Translations under genes and position numbers: made by a program
Notes under the pieces: generated by a model
Databases searched by the model: none
What the model saw: the letters and a program-made list of their open reading frames with translations, nothing else
What the model was told of the DNA's origin: nothing
From: an uncultured Gemmatimonadales bacterium
GTDB lineage: Bacteria; Gemmatimonadota; Gemmatimonadetes; Gemmatimonadales; GWC2-71-9
NCBI GenBank assembly: GCA_963795085.1
Contig: CAWCFX010000006.1
Coordinates: 672,001-736,000, forward strand
Reading direction: 5' to 3'
DNA: 64,000 bases
Shown: positions 40,663-49,273 of the stretch, piece after piece
How the letters are laid out: the number at the start of each line of letters is the position of its first letter
Position numbering within the stretch: the stretch's first letter is position 1

Positions 40663-42148
40663 GCGGGCGGCCGGCTGGCCCGCGGCCCTGATGGCACTGC
40701 TCGCCCTGGCGGCGGCCGTGTCCCCCCTGGCCGGGCAATCGCTGCAGCAGCGAATTGATGCCCGGCTGGACGCCCCGCCGTTCAACCGGGCACTCTGGGG
40801 CGTGAGCCTGGTGGACGAGACCGGCCGCCAGCTCTATGGCCGCAATGCCGACCGGCTCTTCATCCCCGCCAGCAATACCAAGCTGGTGGTGACCACGGTG
40901 GCGGCCGCCCTGATGGCCCCCGACTGGAAGGTAAAGACCAGCCTGTACGGCGGCGGCCCGGTGGTGGACGGCGTGCTCCAGGGCGACTTGATCCTCTACG
41001 GCCGCGGCGACCCGACCTTCAGCAACCGCTGCTACGGCACCGACACCACGAAGTCCGGCGCCTGCGACCGGGACCTCTTCGCCCGGTTCCGGGAGCTGGC
41101 CCAGGCGCTCCGCGGCCGCGGGATCACCGCCGTCGCCGGCGACCTGGTGGGCGATGGAAGCTATTTCGAACCCCAGATCGTCCATGGCGGATGGGAGACG
41201 TACGACCTCAACTGGTGGTACGCGGCACCGGTGTCCGCGCTGGCCTTCAACGACAACAGCATCGACATCAAGTGGGGCCCCGGCCCCAGGCCGGGTGCAC
41301 CCGCCACGGTCGCCATCACTCCCTGGCTGGGCGACCTGAGCTTCGAGAACCGGAGCCGCACCAGGGAAAGCGGCGGCGATAACCTGGATTTCTTCCGCGC
41401 CCCGGGTACCCTCGAGCTCCGTGCCGAAGGCCACGTGGTCCAGTCGAGCGGCGGCGGCACCGAGTATTTCGCGATGCCCGATCCCAACCTTTTCACCGCG
41501 CGGGCCCTCCGCAAGGCGCTGGCCGAGGCCGGCGTCAGCGTGCTGGGCGCCACCCGGTCCACGACCGATTCGATACTGTACCGGCACCTGCGGGCGGCTC
41601 CCGCGCTGGCCGAGGTGGAGAGCCGGCCCCTGTCCGACTGGATCTTTCCCATTCTCAATACCAGCCAGAACCTGTTTGCCGAGATGCTGCTCAAGCAACT
41701 GGGCCGGATCTTCGGAGCGGGCGGATCCTGGAACGAAGGGCTCAAGGTCGAGCGCCGGTTCCTGATCGACTCCGTGGGCATCGATTCCACCGCGATGAGC
41801 CTGAGCGACGGGTCGGGACTCTCCAGCGTGAACCTGGTCAGCCCCCGGGCGTTTACCCAGATGCTGCGGTTCATGCGGCGGCACCCCCGCTGGCCCGCCT
41901 TTGGGGCCGCCCTCCCCCAGTCGGGCGAGCGCGGTTCGCTCCGTAACCGGTTCAAGAACACGCCGCTGGAGGGTAGGGTCTGGGCCAAGACAGGAAGCAT
42001 CTCCCGGGTCAACACCCTGTCGGGGATCATCGAGCCGGGCGGCGGGCGGCGGCTGTTTTTCTCGGTCCAGGCCAACCACCATACCCTTCCCAGCCGGCAG
42101 ATCCTGGCCCAGATTGACAGCATCGTCGTGGAAATGGGAAAGCCATAG
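40655..42148 (+). CDS. dacB: D-Ala-D-Ala carboxypeptidase/endopeptidase PBP4
   Basis: PASNTKL (SxxK), GDPT, SQN (SxN), DGSGLS, AKTG. Confidence 0.93.
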   Translation: MTERAAGWPAALMALLALAAAVSPLAGQSLQQRIDARLDAPPFNRALWGVSLVDETGRQLYGRNADRLFIPASNTKLVVTTVAAALMAPDWKVKTSLYGGGPVVDGVLQGDLILYGRGDPTFSNRCYGTDTTKSGACDRDLFARFRELAQALRGRGITAVAGDLVGDGSYFEPQIVHGGWETYDLNWWYAAPVSALAFNDNSIDIKWGPGPRPGAPATVAITPWLGDLSFENRSRTRESGGDNLDFFRAPGTLELRAEGHVVQSSGGGTEYFAMPDPNLFTARALRKALAEAGVSVLGATRSTTDSILYRHLRAAPALAEVESRPLSDWIFPILNTSQNLFAEMLLKQLGRIFGAGGSWNEGLKVERRFLIDSVGIDSTAMSLSDGSGLSSVNLVSPRAFTQMLRFMRRHPRWPAFGAALPQSGERGSLRNRFKNTPLEGRVWAKTGSISRVNTLSGIIEPGGGRRLFFSVQANHHTLPSRQILAQIDSIVVEMGKP

Positions 42149-42160
42149 CGATTCGGCCCC

Positions 42161-42288
42161 TGTCCCACTGTCCCACTGTCCCACTGTCCCACTGTCCCAC
42201 TGACCCACTGTCCCACTGACCCACTGTCCCACTGTCCCACTGATCCCACTGTCCCACTGACCCACTGACCCACTGACCCACTGATCCC
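42161..42288. repeat. Tandem 8-mer array (TGTCCCAC/TGACCCAC), about 16 units
   Basis: Read directly; fills the dacB-sixA gap up to the sixA ATG. Confidence 0.97.
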
Positions 42289-42786
42289 ATGCTCCTTCTC
42301 ATCGTACGCCACGCCCGGGCCGGAGAACAGGACCCGACCCGTTACCCGGATGACGCCGAGCGACCGCTGACGAAGGAGGGCAAGCGAATCCACGCCCGGG
42401 TGAGCGAGGAGCTGGCCCGGCGGGGTCTGGTTCCGGACGCCATCCTCTCCAGCCCCTGGAAACGCGCCTGGCAGACGGCAGAGATCATGGCGAAGGAGTT
42501 TTCCGGAGAGAAGAGCCGGCTGCAGCCCAAGTCCGCGCCATCGCTGGCGCAAGCGCCGGAAATCGAAGCCATCCGGGCCGAGATCGAAGGGTTGGGGGGC
42601 AGCGGCACCATTGCGCTGGTGGGGCACGAGCCCTGGCTCGGCCAGCTGGCCTCGCTGCTGCTGACCGGCGGACCCAACCGCGCCGAGGTGGATTTTCCCA
42701 AGAGCGGGGTGCTGGGCATCGAAACCGCGAGCATCGAGGCGGGCGCCGGCAGCCTGCAGTTCTTCCTCCGGCCCAAACTGCTTTGA
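42289..42786 (+). CDS. sixA: Phosphohistidine phosphatase SixA
   Basis: RHARA, DAERPLT, SSP..RA.QTA, VGHEP. Confidence 0.88.
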   Translation: MLLLIVRHARAGEQDPTRYPDDAERPLTKEGKRIHARVSEELARRGLVPDAILSSPWKRAWQTAEIMAKEFSGEKSRLQPKSAPSLAQAPEIEAIRAEIEGLGGSGTIALVGHEPWLGQLASLLLTGGPNRAEVDFPKSGVLGIETASIEAGAGSLQFFLRPKLL

Positions 42787-43211
42787 AAATCGCGATCGGG
42801 TCGGATCACGCGGGGTTCGGATTCAAGGAGCGCCTCAAGGTGGCGCTCCCCCGCTGGGGCCACGCGGTCACCGACTTCGGAACCGACTCGATCGAGCCGG
42901 TGGATTATCCGCTCTTCGTGCGACCGGTCGCGGAGGGTGTCGCGGAGGGAACCTTCGAGCGGGGGATCGTGCTGGGAGGGTCCGGCAACGGCGAGGCGAT
43001 GGTGGCCAACCGGGTCAAGGGCGTCCGCTGCGCGGTCTGCTGGAACGTCGAATCAGCCCGGCTGGCCCGGCTCCACAACGACGCCAATGTCCTCTCCCTG
43101 GGAGAACGGCTGATCCCGGACCAGGACCTCCTGCCCATCGTGGAAGCATGGCTGGCGACCGGGTTCGAAGGCGGCCGCCATGTCCGCCGGATCCGGCTGC
43201 TCGACGAATAA
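42783..43211 (+). CDS. rpiB: Ribose-5-phosphate isomerase B
   Basis: IGSDHAG, VDYP, GGSGNGE (actinobacterial-type motif), HNDAN, FEGGRH. Confidence 0.95.
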   Translation: MKIAIGSDHAGFGFKERLKVALPRWGHAVTDFGTDSIEPVDYPLFVRPVAEGVAEGTFERGIVLGGSGNGEAMVANRVKGVRCAVCWNVESARLARLHNDANVLSLGERLIPDQDLLPIVEAWLATGFEGGRHVRRIRLLDE

Positions 43212-43246
43212 ACTTTGCCATTCAAGGCGGCTGGCTCTGCGGATCG

Positions 43247-43700
43247 CGAAAACACGAACTCCAAACTACAAGAGTGGAAAGATGGTGTTCGGGCAGGGGC
43301 AGCCCGCGGAATAGTCCCCGAGGATCCTCCCTGAAGGCTGGCCCTGCGGATCACGAAAATCGGGCCCTGTCCTGTTTTTTGCTTTGGTGTTCGGGCAGGG
43401 GCGGCCCGCGGAATAGTCCCCGAGGATCCTCCCTGAAGGCTGGCCCTGCGGATCACGAAAATCGGGCCCTGTCCTGTTTTTCGTGCTTTCGGTGTTCGGG
43501 CAGGGGCGGCCCGCGGAATAGTCCCCGAGGATCCTCCCTGAAGGCTGGCCCTGCGGATCACGAAAATCGGGCCCTGTCCTGTTTTTCGTGCTTTCGTGTT
43601 CGGGCAGGGGCGGCCCGCGGCACAGTCCCCGAGGATCCTCCCTGAAGGCTGGCCCTGCAAATCACGAAAACACGAACTCCAAACTACAAGAGTGGAAAGA
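43247..43700. repeat. Four tandem ~102-105-bp units bracketed by a 36-bp direct repeat
   Basis: Units start near 43284, 43386, 43491, 43596; CGAAAACACGAACTCCAAACTACAAGAGTGGAAAGA occurs at 43247-43282 and 43665-43700. Confidence 0.95.
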
Positions 43701-43756
43701 CGGAGAAATTACAGGAGACAGCTGAATGGATTGCATTTTCCGTGAACCGCCCTGCC

Positions 43757-45541
43757 TCAATTTCCCAGATACAATACGCCCCTCCACCCGTTGAGCCGGA
43801 CCCTGCCGTCTTTGCGCTCGGCGCCGAGCCAGGCGAGAGCGAGCATTCCCCGGCGCCCGGCGCCCTCGGCGGCCAGCTGCAACGGCAGCCGGCTGCGATC
43901 GGCCGGGCTGGTCGCGAGTAGCGTGTCCACCAGCGGCCGGAGCTGGAACACGAGCAGGGATTCTCCACCCTTGTTCAGGGCGATCGTCATCGCGGCGGTA
44001 TCGGTCACCACGGCCAGGGTATCGGACCCGAAGACCGCGGGGATCGTGTTGCGGCCATTGAGTTCCAGGGCGTAGTCGAACCCGGAAATCGGCAGCGCGG
44101 CCCGGTCTCCCGGGGGCTCCACCGCGACGTAGTCAATCGGCTCGGTGTAATACTCCGGGAGATAGTCGATTCCCACCGCGGCCAGGATCCGGCCGGCCGC
44201 CGAATCGGCCATCGCGTACCGGCTCCCGTCGTTCCTCATGGCCGCCAGGTCGCCGGCGGCATCGCCGAAGAGGCCCCGGATCGCGCCGGAGGCGTTGCGC
44301 TCCAGCAGGAAACGCAGCGCCTCGCTCATCTGGCGGCGGTCGGCCAGCGGCAGGTCGTGTTTCACATCCGGCGCCACCCTGCCCAGCAGGCGCACGTTGG
44401 CCGACTCGCTGATCGCCCGGATCCGGTCGGCCTGGCTCCGGACGGAAAGCGCGGTGGCGCCAATCGGCCCGAACGCCGTCAACAGGAGAATCACGGCGAG
44501 ACTCACCGGGATGATCTTGATCCCGGTCTCCCGGCGGACGGTATAGAGCACCGACAGGCCGAGCAGCCAGGCCCCCAGCAGCAACCCCAGGTAGCGCAGC
44601 TCGGTGAGGCCGTACGGCTCCACCCGTTTCCAGAGGGCGAGCAGGAACATGGCGGCCGCGGGAATCAGCCCCACGAACAGATAGCGCGCGTAGGTCCGTA
44701 TCCAGGCCTCGTCCGCCTCGGCGCGGAGGGGATGCACCAGCAGGAACCCCAGGATGCCCACGGTGGCCACGCTCGAGACCAGGTACCCGATCCACCCGCT
44801 CGGCCAGGTCCCCGTGATGACGATCTTGACCAGGTAGGCCGTGAGGATGACGAGGTACACGGCGACCAGCGGAGTCAGGATGTACTGGGTAAAGACCTTG
44901 AGCGCCCGGGGGTAGCCCTGGGGCTCTTCCAGGGCGGCGATATCGGGCGGGACGGCGGCGAGGAAGATCCAGGTGTTGATGACGAACGCGATGATGAACC
45001 AGAGACGGCCATACGTCTCGCCTTCGATGTTCACGCCGAACAACTTGTCCAGGGCGCCGAGCGCGATCGCCAGCCCCACGAACAGCACGGCGGAAAAGAG
45101 CGCAGCCCGCAGGAATCCCTCGAACAGCCGGCGGTTGTACTGCCAGAACCCGCGGACCTCGCCGCGGCCGGCGAACGGCGCTACCGCCACGAGCAGGTGG
45201 AGGCCCGCGCTGAGCTGCACGTAGCGGATCATCAGGTGCTTCTGCTCCGGGTCCGGCCAGGTGCGGAGAAACCAGAAGAGCGCGAGGACGCCCGCGGCGA
45301 TCAGCCCGGTGCGGGCGGCCGGCTCCCAGTTGCGCCGCTCCACCAGCAGGGTTGTCGCCAGGGTCAGGGGAATACCCAGCATGGCCACCAGGCAGAGCCG
45401 GACCCAGAATGTTTCTTCCTGGACGTCGGTGCCGATGATCGCGGCGGCCGCGGCGACCGTGCCGGCAGCCAGGGGCCAGGGGAATCGGCGCAGGACGGCG
45501 CCAGCCCGCTCGGCCAGGGCAGCCACAGATGGGAATCGCAT
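43757..45541 (-). CDS. DUF4153-like multi-pass membrane protein
   Basis: RRFP start, FWQYN, YILTPL, RVEPYGLTELRY, SVRSQ motifs; many TM segments. Confidence 0.8.
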   Translation of the reverse strand: MRFPSVAALAERAGAVLRRFPWPLAAGTVAAAAAIIGTDVQEETFWVRLCLVAMLGIPLTLATTLLVERRNWEPAARTGLIAAGVLALFWFLRTWPDPEQKHLMIRYVQLSAGLHLLVAVAPFAGRGEVRGFWQYNRRLFEGFLRAALFSAVLFVGLAIALGALDKLFGVNIEGETYGRLWFIIAFVINTWIFLAAVPPDIAALEEPQGYPRALKVFTQYILTPLVAVYLVILTAYLVKIVITGTWPSGWIGYLVSSVATVGILGFLLVHPLRAEADEAWIRTYARYLFVGLIPAAAMFLLALWKRVEPYGLTELRYLGLLLGAWLLGLSVLYTVRRETGIKIIPVSLAVILLLTAFGPIGATALSVRSQADRIRAISESANVRLLGRVAPDVKHDLPLADRRQMSEALRFLLERNASGAIRGLFGDAAGDLAAMRNDGSRYAMADSAAGRILAAVGIDYLPEYYTEPIDYVAVEPPGDRAALPISGFDYALELNGRNTIPAVFGSDTLAVVTDTAAMTIALNKGGESLLVFQLRPLVDTLLATSPADRSRLPLQLAAEGAGRRGMLALAWLGAERKDGRVRLNGWRGVLYLGN

Positions 45542-45648
45542 GGAGCGGTGGGTTGGAGGTGCTCCATTATAGGGGGAATGCCGCGGCTGGCAAACGATTC
45601 CCCGGAATCCGGTAGCGCGGGCGGTACGCCGGCCCTAGACTTCCTTCT

Positions 45649-47514
45649 ATGCCAGCCCTTCCAACTTCGGCTTCCCCGCGGGAAGTCCGCGACTCGGTGG
45701 TCATTCGGTTTGCGGGCGATTCCGGCGACGGCATGCAGATCACCGGGTCCCAGTTCACCCTGGAAACCGCCCTCGCCGGCAACGACCTCTCCACCTTCCC
45801 CGATTTCCCCGCTGAGATCCGGGCCCCTACAGGGACCACCTTCGGCGTGTCGGCCTTCCAGATTCATTTTGGATCGTCCGACGTGACCACGGCGGGCGAC
45901 GAACTGGACGTCCTGGTGGCCATGAACCCGGCCGCCCTCAAGGTCAACCTGCGCGACCTGCGGCTCGGCGGGATGATCATCGTGGACGAAAGCGCCTTCA
46001 CCGACCGGAACTTCACCAAGGCGGGGATCGCCGCCAACCCGCTCAGTGACGGATCCCTCGCGCCGTACCAGCTGATCCGCCTCGACGTGACCCGGCTGAC
46101 GCTGGAGGCGGTCAAGCCCTTCGGGCTGGGACAGAAGGAGGGACTCCGCTGCCGCAACATGTGGGCGCTGGGCCTGATGCTCTGGATGTTCGGACGGGAC
46201 CGGCAGGCCACGATCGAGTGGATGCGGAAGAAGTTCGCGCGCAACCCGGCGGTGGCCCAGGCCAACGAGGCCGCCCTCAATGCCGGCCACGCCTTCGGCG
46301 AAACCGCCGAAATGCCCGGCGATATCACCGGCTACACCGTGGCCCGGGCCGAGGTCGCACCGGGCACCTACCGCACCGTCAACGGGACCGAAGCCACCGC
46401 GTGGGGGCTGGTCGCCGGCGCCCGGGCCGCCGGCCTGAAGAAGATCGTGCTGGGCGCGTACCCCATCACACCGGCCTCGGCGCTGCTCCACACCCTCGCC
46501 AATCTCAAGCGCTACGGCGTGATCACCTTCCAGGCCGAGGACGAGATCGCGGCCATCTGCGTGGCGATCGGCGCGGCGTACGCCGGCGCCCTGGGCATCA
46601 CCTCGAGCAGCGGGCCCGGCATCGCGCTCAAGACCGAGGCGCTGGGGCTGGCGATCGCCACCGAGCTGCCCCTGGTGGTGGTCAACAACCAGCGGGCCGG
46701 CCCCTCCACCGGCATGCCCACCAAGACCGAGCAGTCGGACCTGTTCCAGGCCGTGGTGGGGCGGAACGCCGACAGCCCCATGCCGGTGATCGCGGCCGCC
46801 ACTCCGGGTGACTGCTTCGAAACCGCGATCGAGGCCGTGCGGCTGGCCACGAAATACATGACCCCGGTCATGCTGCTCACCGACGGCTACCTCGCCAACG
46901 CCGCCGAGCCGTGGCAGCTGCCCAACCTGGACGAGATCGAAAGCTTTCCGGTCACCTTCCGCACCGACCCGGCCGGGTTCCACCCCTTCGCCCGGGACGA
47001 AGCGACCAAAGCCCGGCCCTGGGCGCTGCCGGGCACGCCAGGCCTGATGCACCGGATCGGCGGGCTGGAGCGGGCCTACGACTCGGGGCATATCTCTTAT
47101 GACCCCGAGAACCACGAGAAGATGACCCGGGTCCGGGCCGAGAAGGTGGCGGGAATCGCCGCCGACATTCCGGAACAGCGGGTGGCCCTGGGACCGGAGT
47201 CGGGCAAGGTCGCGGTGGTGGGGTGGGGATCCACCTACGGCGCGATCCACCAGGCGGTGCGGCGAAGCGCCGATGCCGGGCTGGCCGTTGCCCATATTCA
47301 CATCCGGCACCTGGCGCCGTTCCCCGCCAACCTGGGCGCGCTACTCGGCCGATTCGACCGGGTGCTGGTGCCGGAACTCAACAACGGGCAACTGGTGCAC
47401 TTCCTGCGCGCCCAGTATCTCATCCCCGCCGTTTCGCTGCCCAAGGTCACCGGCCGGCCCTTCCAGGTCGCCGAACTGGAGCGGGCGATTCACGCGGAAC
47501 TGGAGACCCTATGA
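45649..47514 (+). CDS. korA: 2-oxoacid:ferredoxin oxidoreductase alpha subunit
   Basis: FAGDSGDGMQ, FPAEIRAP, YPITPAS, QAEDEIAA, GPSTGMPTK. Confidence 0.95.
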   Translation: MPALPTSASPREVRDSVVIRFAGDSGDGMQITGSQFTLETALAGNDLSTFPDFPAEIRAPTGTTFGVSAFQIHFGSSDVTTAGDELDVLVAMNPAALKVNLRDLRLGGMIIVDESAFTDRNFTKAGIAANPLSDGSLAPYQLIRLDVTRLTLEAVKPFGLGQKEGLRCRNMWALGLMLWMFGRDRQATIEWMRKKFARNPAVAQANEAALNAGHAFGETAEMPGDITGYTVARAEVAPGTYRTVNGTEATAWGLVAGARAAGLKKIVLGAYPITPASALLHTLANLKRYGVITFQAEDEIAAICVAIGAAYAGALGITSSSGPGIALKTEALGLAIATELPLVVVNNQRAGPSTGMPTKTEQSDLFQAVVGRNADSPMPVIAAATPGDCFETAIEAVRLATKYMTPVMLLTDGYLANAAEPWQLPNLDEIESFPVTFRTDPAGFHPFARDEATKARPWALPGTPGLMHRIGGLERAYDSGHISYDPENHEKMTRVRAEKVAGIAADIPEQRVALGPESGKVAVVGWGSTYGAIHQAVRRSADAGLAVAHIHIRHLAPFPANLGALLGRFDRVLVPELNNGQLVHFLRAQYLIPAVSLPKVTGRPFQVAELERAIHAELETL

Positions 47515-48524
47515 CCGCCACCGCCCCGCTGACCGCGAAGGACTGGGCGTCCGACCAGGAAGTCCGCTGGTGCCCCGGCTGCGGCGACTACGCCATTCTC
47601 AAGGCCATGCTCAAGACCCTGGCCGATATCGGATCCCGGCCCGAGAACACCGTCTTCGTCTCCGGCATCGGGTGCGCCGCGCGGTTCCCGTATTACGTCT
47701 CCTCCTATGGGTTCCACACCATCCACGGCCGGGCCCCCGCGGTGGCGACCGGGGTCAAGATCACCAACCCGGACCTGGACGTCTGGGTCATCACCGGCGA
47801 TGGCGACGCGCTGAGCATCGGGGGCAACCACATGCTGCACCTGCTGCGCCGCAACGTGGACCTGCAGCTGATCCTGTTCAACAACGAGATCTACGGCCTC
47901 ACCAAGGGCCAGTACTCCCCCACCTCGCGGCGGGGCACCCGCTCGCCCTCCACGCCGATGGGCTCGCTGGAACACCCGGTGTCGGCGGGCGCGTTCGCGC
48001 TGGGCGCCGGAGGGCGGTTCATCGCCCGGTCGATTGATACCCAGCAGGCCCATCTCTCCGCCGTCCTGACCCGGGCGCACGCGAATAAGGGAACGTCGTT
48101 CGTCGAGGTCTTCCAGAACTGCGTGGTCTTCAACGATGGCGTGTTCGATGACTTCACCGACCGCGCCACCGCCGCCGACCGCCAGGTGCTGGTGGAACAC
48201 GGCCAGCCGCTGCTCTTTGGCAAGGAGCGCACCCGGGGCCTCCGCCTCAACCCGGCCACCATCAGCCTGGAGGTCGTGACCCTGGGAGAGCACGGCATTA
48301 CGGAAGCGGATATCCTGGTGCACGACGAGACCAACCGCACCCTGGCCGGCATGCTGCTCGCCATGGAGCCACCGGCGTTCCCGGTGGCCCTCGGCGTGGT
48401 GTACTGCAATCCGGCCGCGACCTTCGAGCGGGAACTCCACGCCCAGCTGGAAAGCGCCGGCGCCGGCGCAGGCGAAGCGGACATCAGAGACCTGTTCGTG
48501 CAGGAGCGGACGTGGACTGTCTAA
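47511..48524 (+). CDS. korB: 2-oxoacid:ferredoxin oxidoreductase beta subunit
   Basis: WCPGCG, SGIGC, HTIHGRA, GDGD TPP motif, YGLTKGQ. Confidence 0.95.
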   Translation: MTATAPLTAKDWASDQEVRWCPGCGDYAILKAMLKTLADIGSRPENTVFVSGIGCAARFPYYVSSYGFHTIHGRAPAVATGVKITNPDLDVWVITGDGDALSIGGNHMLHLLRRNVDLQLILFNNEIYGLTKGQYSPTSRRGTRSPSTPMGSLEHPVSAGAFALGAGGRFIARSIDTQQAHLSAVLTRAHANKGTSFVEVFQNCVVFNDGVFDDFTDRATAADRQVLVEHGQPLLFGKERTRGLRLNPATISLEVVTLGEHGITEADILVHDETNRTLAGMLLAMEPPAFPVALGVVYCNPAATFERELHAQLESAGAGAGEADIRDLFVQERTWTV

Positions 48525-48693
48525 GGGGGCAAGAGGGTCAGGGGGTCAGGGGGTCAGTGGGACGGTGGGACAGTGGGACGGTGGGACAGTGGGACGGTGG
48601 GACAGTGGGTCAGTGGGTCAGTGGGTCAGTGGGACAGTGGGTCAGTGGGACAGTGGGTCAGTGGGACAGTGGGTCCGGGGGGACAGTGGGTAA
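48525..48693. repeat. Left arm: tandem 8-mer array (GTGGGACA/GTGGGTCA/GTGGGACG), about 21 units
   Basis: Begins at the base after the korB TAA; units are degenerate at the outer end (GGGGGTCA). Confidence 0.97.
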
Positions 48694-48699
48694 GCACGG

Positions 48700-49086
48700 T
48701 CAGCGATCCTTGGGAGAATCGGGCCTTCCGCGTCCTCTTAGGGTGGCTGCATAGAGCGCCCATGTCGTGCGACCAGCCTCTTGCTTTAATTCATCCAGAC
48801 TGCTGGCTTCAGCCTCAGAAATGAACTTCATATCCCGGGCAAACCGGAGCAACACTTCGGTTTCAGCGAGCGATCCGAGCGAGATGTCAAGATATCGACG
48901 GAACTCGCGACGGCCTCTCTTGCAGGCGCCTTCAGCAATGTTGATGGAGACGGAGGTACTGGCGCGGCGAGCCTGAGCGGTCAGACCGAAGGCGTGGTGC
49001 TTCGGCCATGTTTCCGTCGACCGAAGTACCGCCAGGCCGAGATCGTAGCTCTTCCGAAACGCGGTGAGCTGGTCAAAGGGACTCAT
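48700..49086 (-). CDS. Four-helix-bundle protein (23S rRNA IVP / TIGR02436-like)
   Basis: L.AFRKSYDL, WPKHHAFGLTAQARRASTSVSINIAEG, EFRRYLDISLGSLAE; visibly lower GC than neighbours. Confidence 0.92.
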   Translation of the reverse strand: MSPFDQLTAFRKSYDLGLAVLRSTETWPKHHAFGLTAQARRASTSVSINIAEGACKRGRREFRRYLDISLGSLAETEVLLRFARDMKFISEAEASSLDELKQEAGRTTWALYAATLRGRGRPDSPKDR

Positions 49087-49192
49087 GACCACAAATTACA
49101 ACGGGGAGAGGTTGGGACTGTATATAAATCAATGCATCGAGGCACCATTCCTACGCACGCCGATGTTTCGCCGCTAACCCGAACTGTCCTTC

Positions 49193-49273
49193 CGTCCCAC
49201 TGACTGACCCACTGACCCACTGCCACTGCCCACTGTCCCACTGTCCCACTGTCCCACTGTCCCACTGTCCCAC
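49193..49273. repeat. Right arm: tandem 8-mer array (TGTCCCAC/TGACCCAC), inverted relative to the left arm
   Basis: About 10 units; the last abuts TTA (the FNR stop) at 49274. Confidence 0.97.

Noticed and set aside
43247..43700. CRISPR array (36-bp direct repeat, regular period)
   Set aside because: The intervening sequences are near-identical rather than unique spacers, the 36-mer occurs only twice, and there are no cas genes.
48700..49086. Diversity-generating retroelement
   Set aside because: Avd-like fold only; no reverse transcriptase or TR/VR pair differing at adenines in the window.
48512..49265. ORFs with VGQWDSG/GTVGQW repeats (also at 42027-42302)
   Set aside because: Artefacts of translating 8-mer arrays; no RBS, and the same peptide appears in every frame.
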